Source: Candidatus Deferrimicrobiaceae bacterium (GTDB taxonomy: Bacteria > Desulfobacterota > Deferrimicrobia > Deferrimicrobiales > Deferrimicrobiaceae). From it: a DNA stretch of 34,022 nucleotides. The notes under the pieces were generated by a model. The model was not told where the DNA came from. It searched no databases and was given only the letters and a program-made list of their open reading frames with translations. This document shows positions 32,426-34,022 of this stretch, one piece after another. The stretch lies in NCBI GenBank assembly GCA_036555205.1, contig DATBLU010000203.1, forward strand, positions 1-34,022. The letters run 5' to 3'. The position numbers and the translations under genes are program-made. The stretch's first letter is position 1. Every line of letters begins with the position of its first letter.

Positions 32426-34022
<1,597 letters not shown>

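Overview
GC-rich bacterial chromosomal segment (about 60% GC or more by eye, not computed). It carries about 30 protein-coding genes. I recognise no rRNA, tRNA, CRISPR array, transposase or integrase. Many ORFs in the six-frame track are GC-driven antisense ORFs or 5' extensions of real genes. Starts were re-placed using RBS position and where homology begins. Two edge genes missing from the track were read directly from the sequence: 1-543 (-) and 33420-34022 (+).

Gene content, in order:
(i) A redox/iron cluster: PNPOx-like protein, rhodanese, bacterioferritin, trxB.
(ii) A cold-shock csp with a clear promoter and terminator, and a DEAD-box helicase.
(iii) A translationally coupled HEAT-repeat protein and a REC-less HD-GYP phosphodiesterase.
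(iv) Two aldo/keto reductases, an ACT-like protein and a PlsB-type acyltransferase.
(v) A minus-strand operon: LonC-type protease, then pcm, then an 816-aa polytopic membrane protein with an embedded spermidine-synthase-like fold, then a small protein.
(vi) A secreted Cache protein and a PIG-L deacetylase.
(vii) An RpfC-like hybrid sensor kinase tail-to-tail with an RpfF-like crotonase (DSF-type signal synthase), which is preceded by a ~300-bp AT-rich island.
(viii) A hemerythrin / Cys-rich protein / AKR operon.
(ix) Two convergent Cache-HAMP-PAS kinases, one coupled to an orphan periplasmic binding protein.
(x) DUF1059, an HDAC-family deacetylase and a partial mdh.

The gene content suggests an anaerobic deltaproteobacterium-like lineage, but that is inference only.

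Best candidates for something new:
- the DSF-type RpfF/RpfC-like pair in an unusual context;
- the Lon-like / Pcm / membrane SAM-fold operon;
- the HEAT / HD-GYP pair, which share an N-terminal domain.
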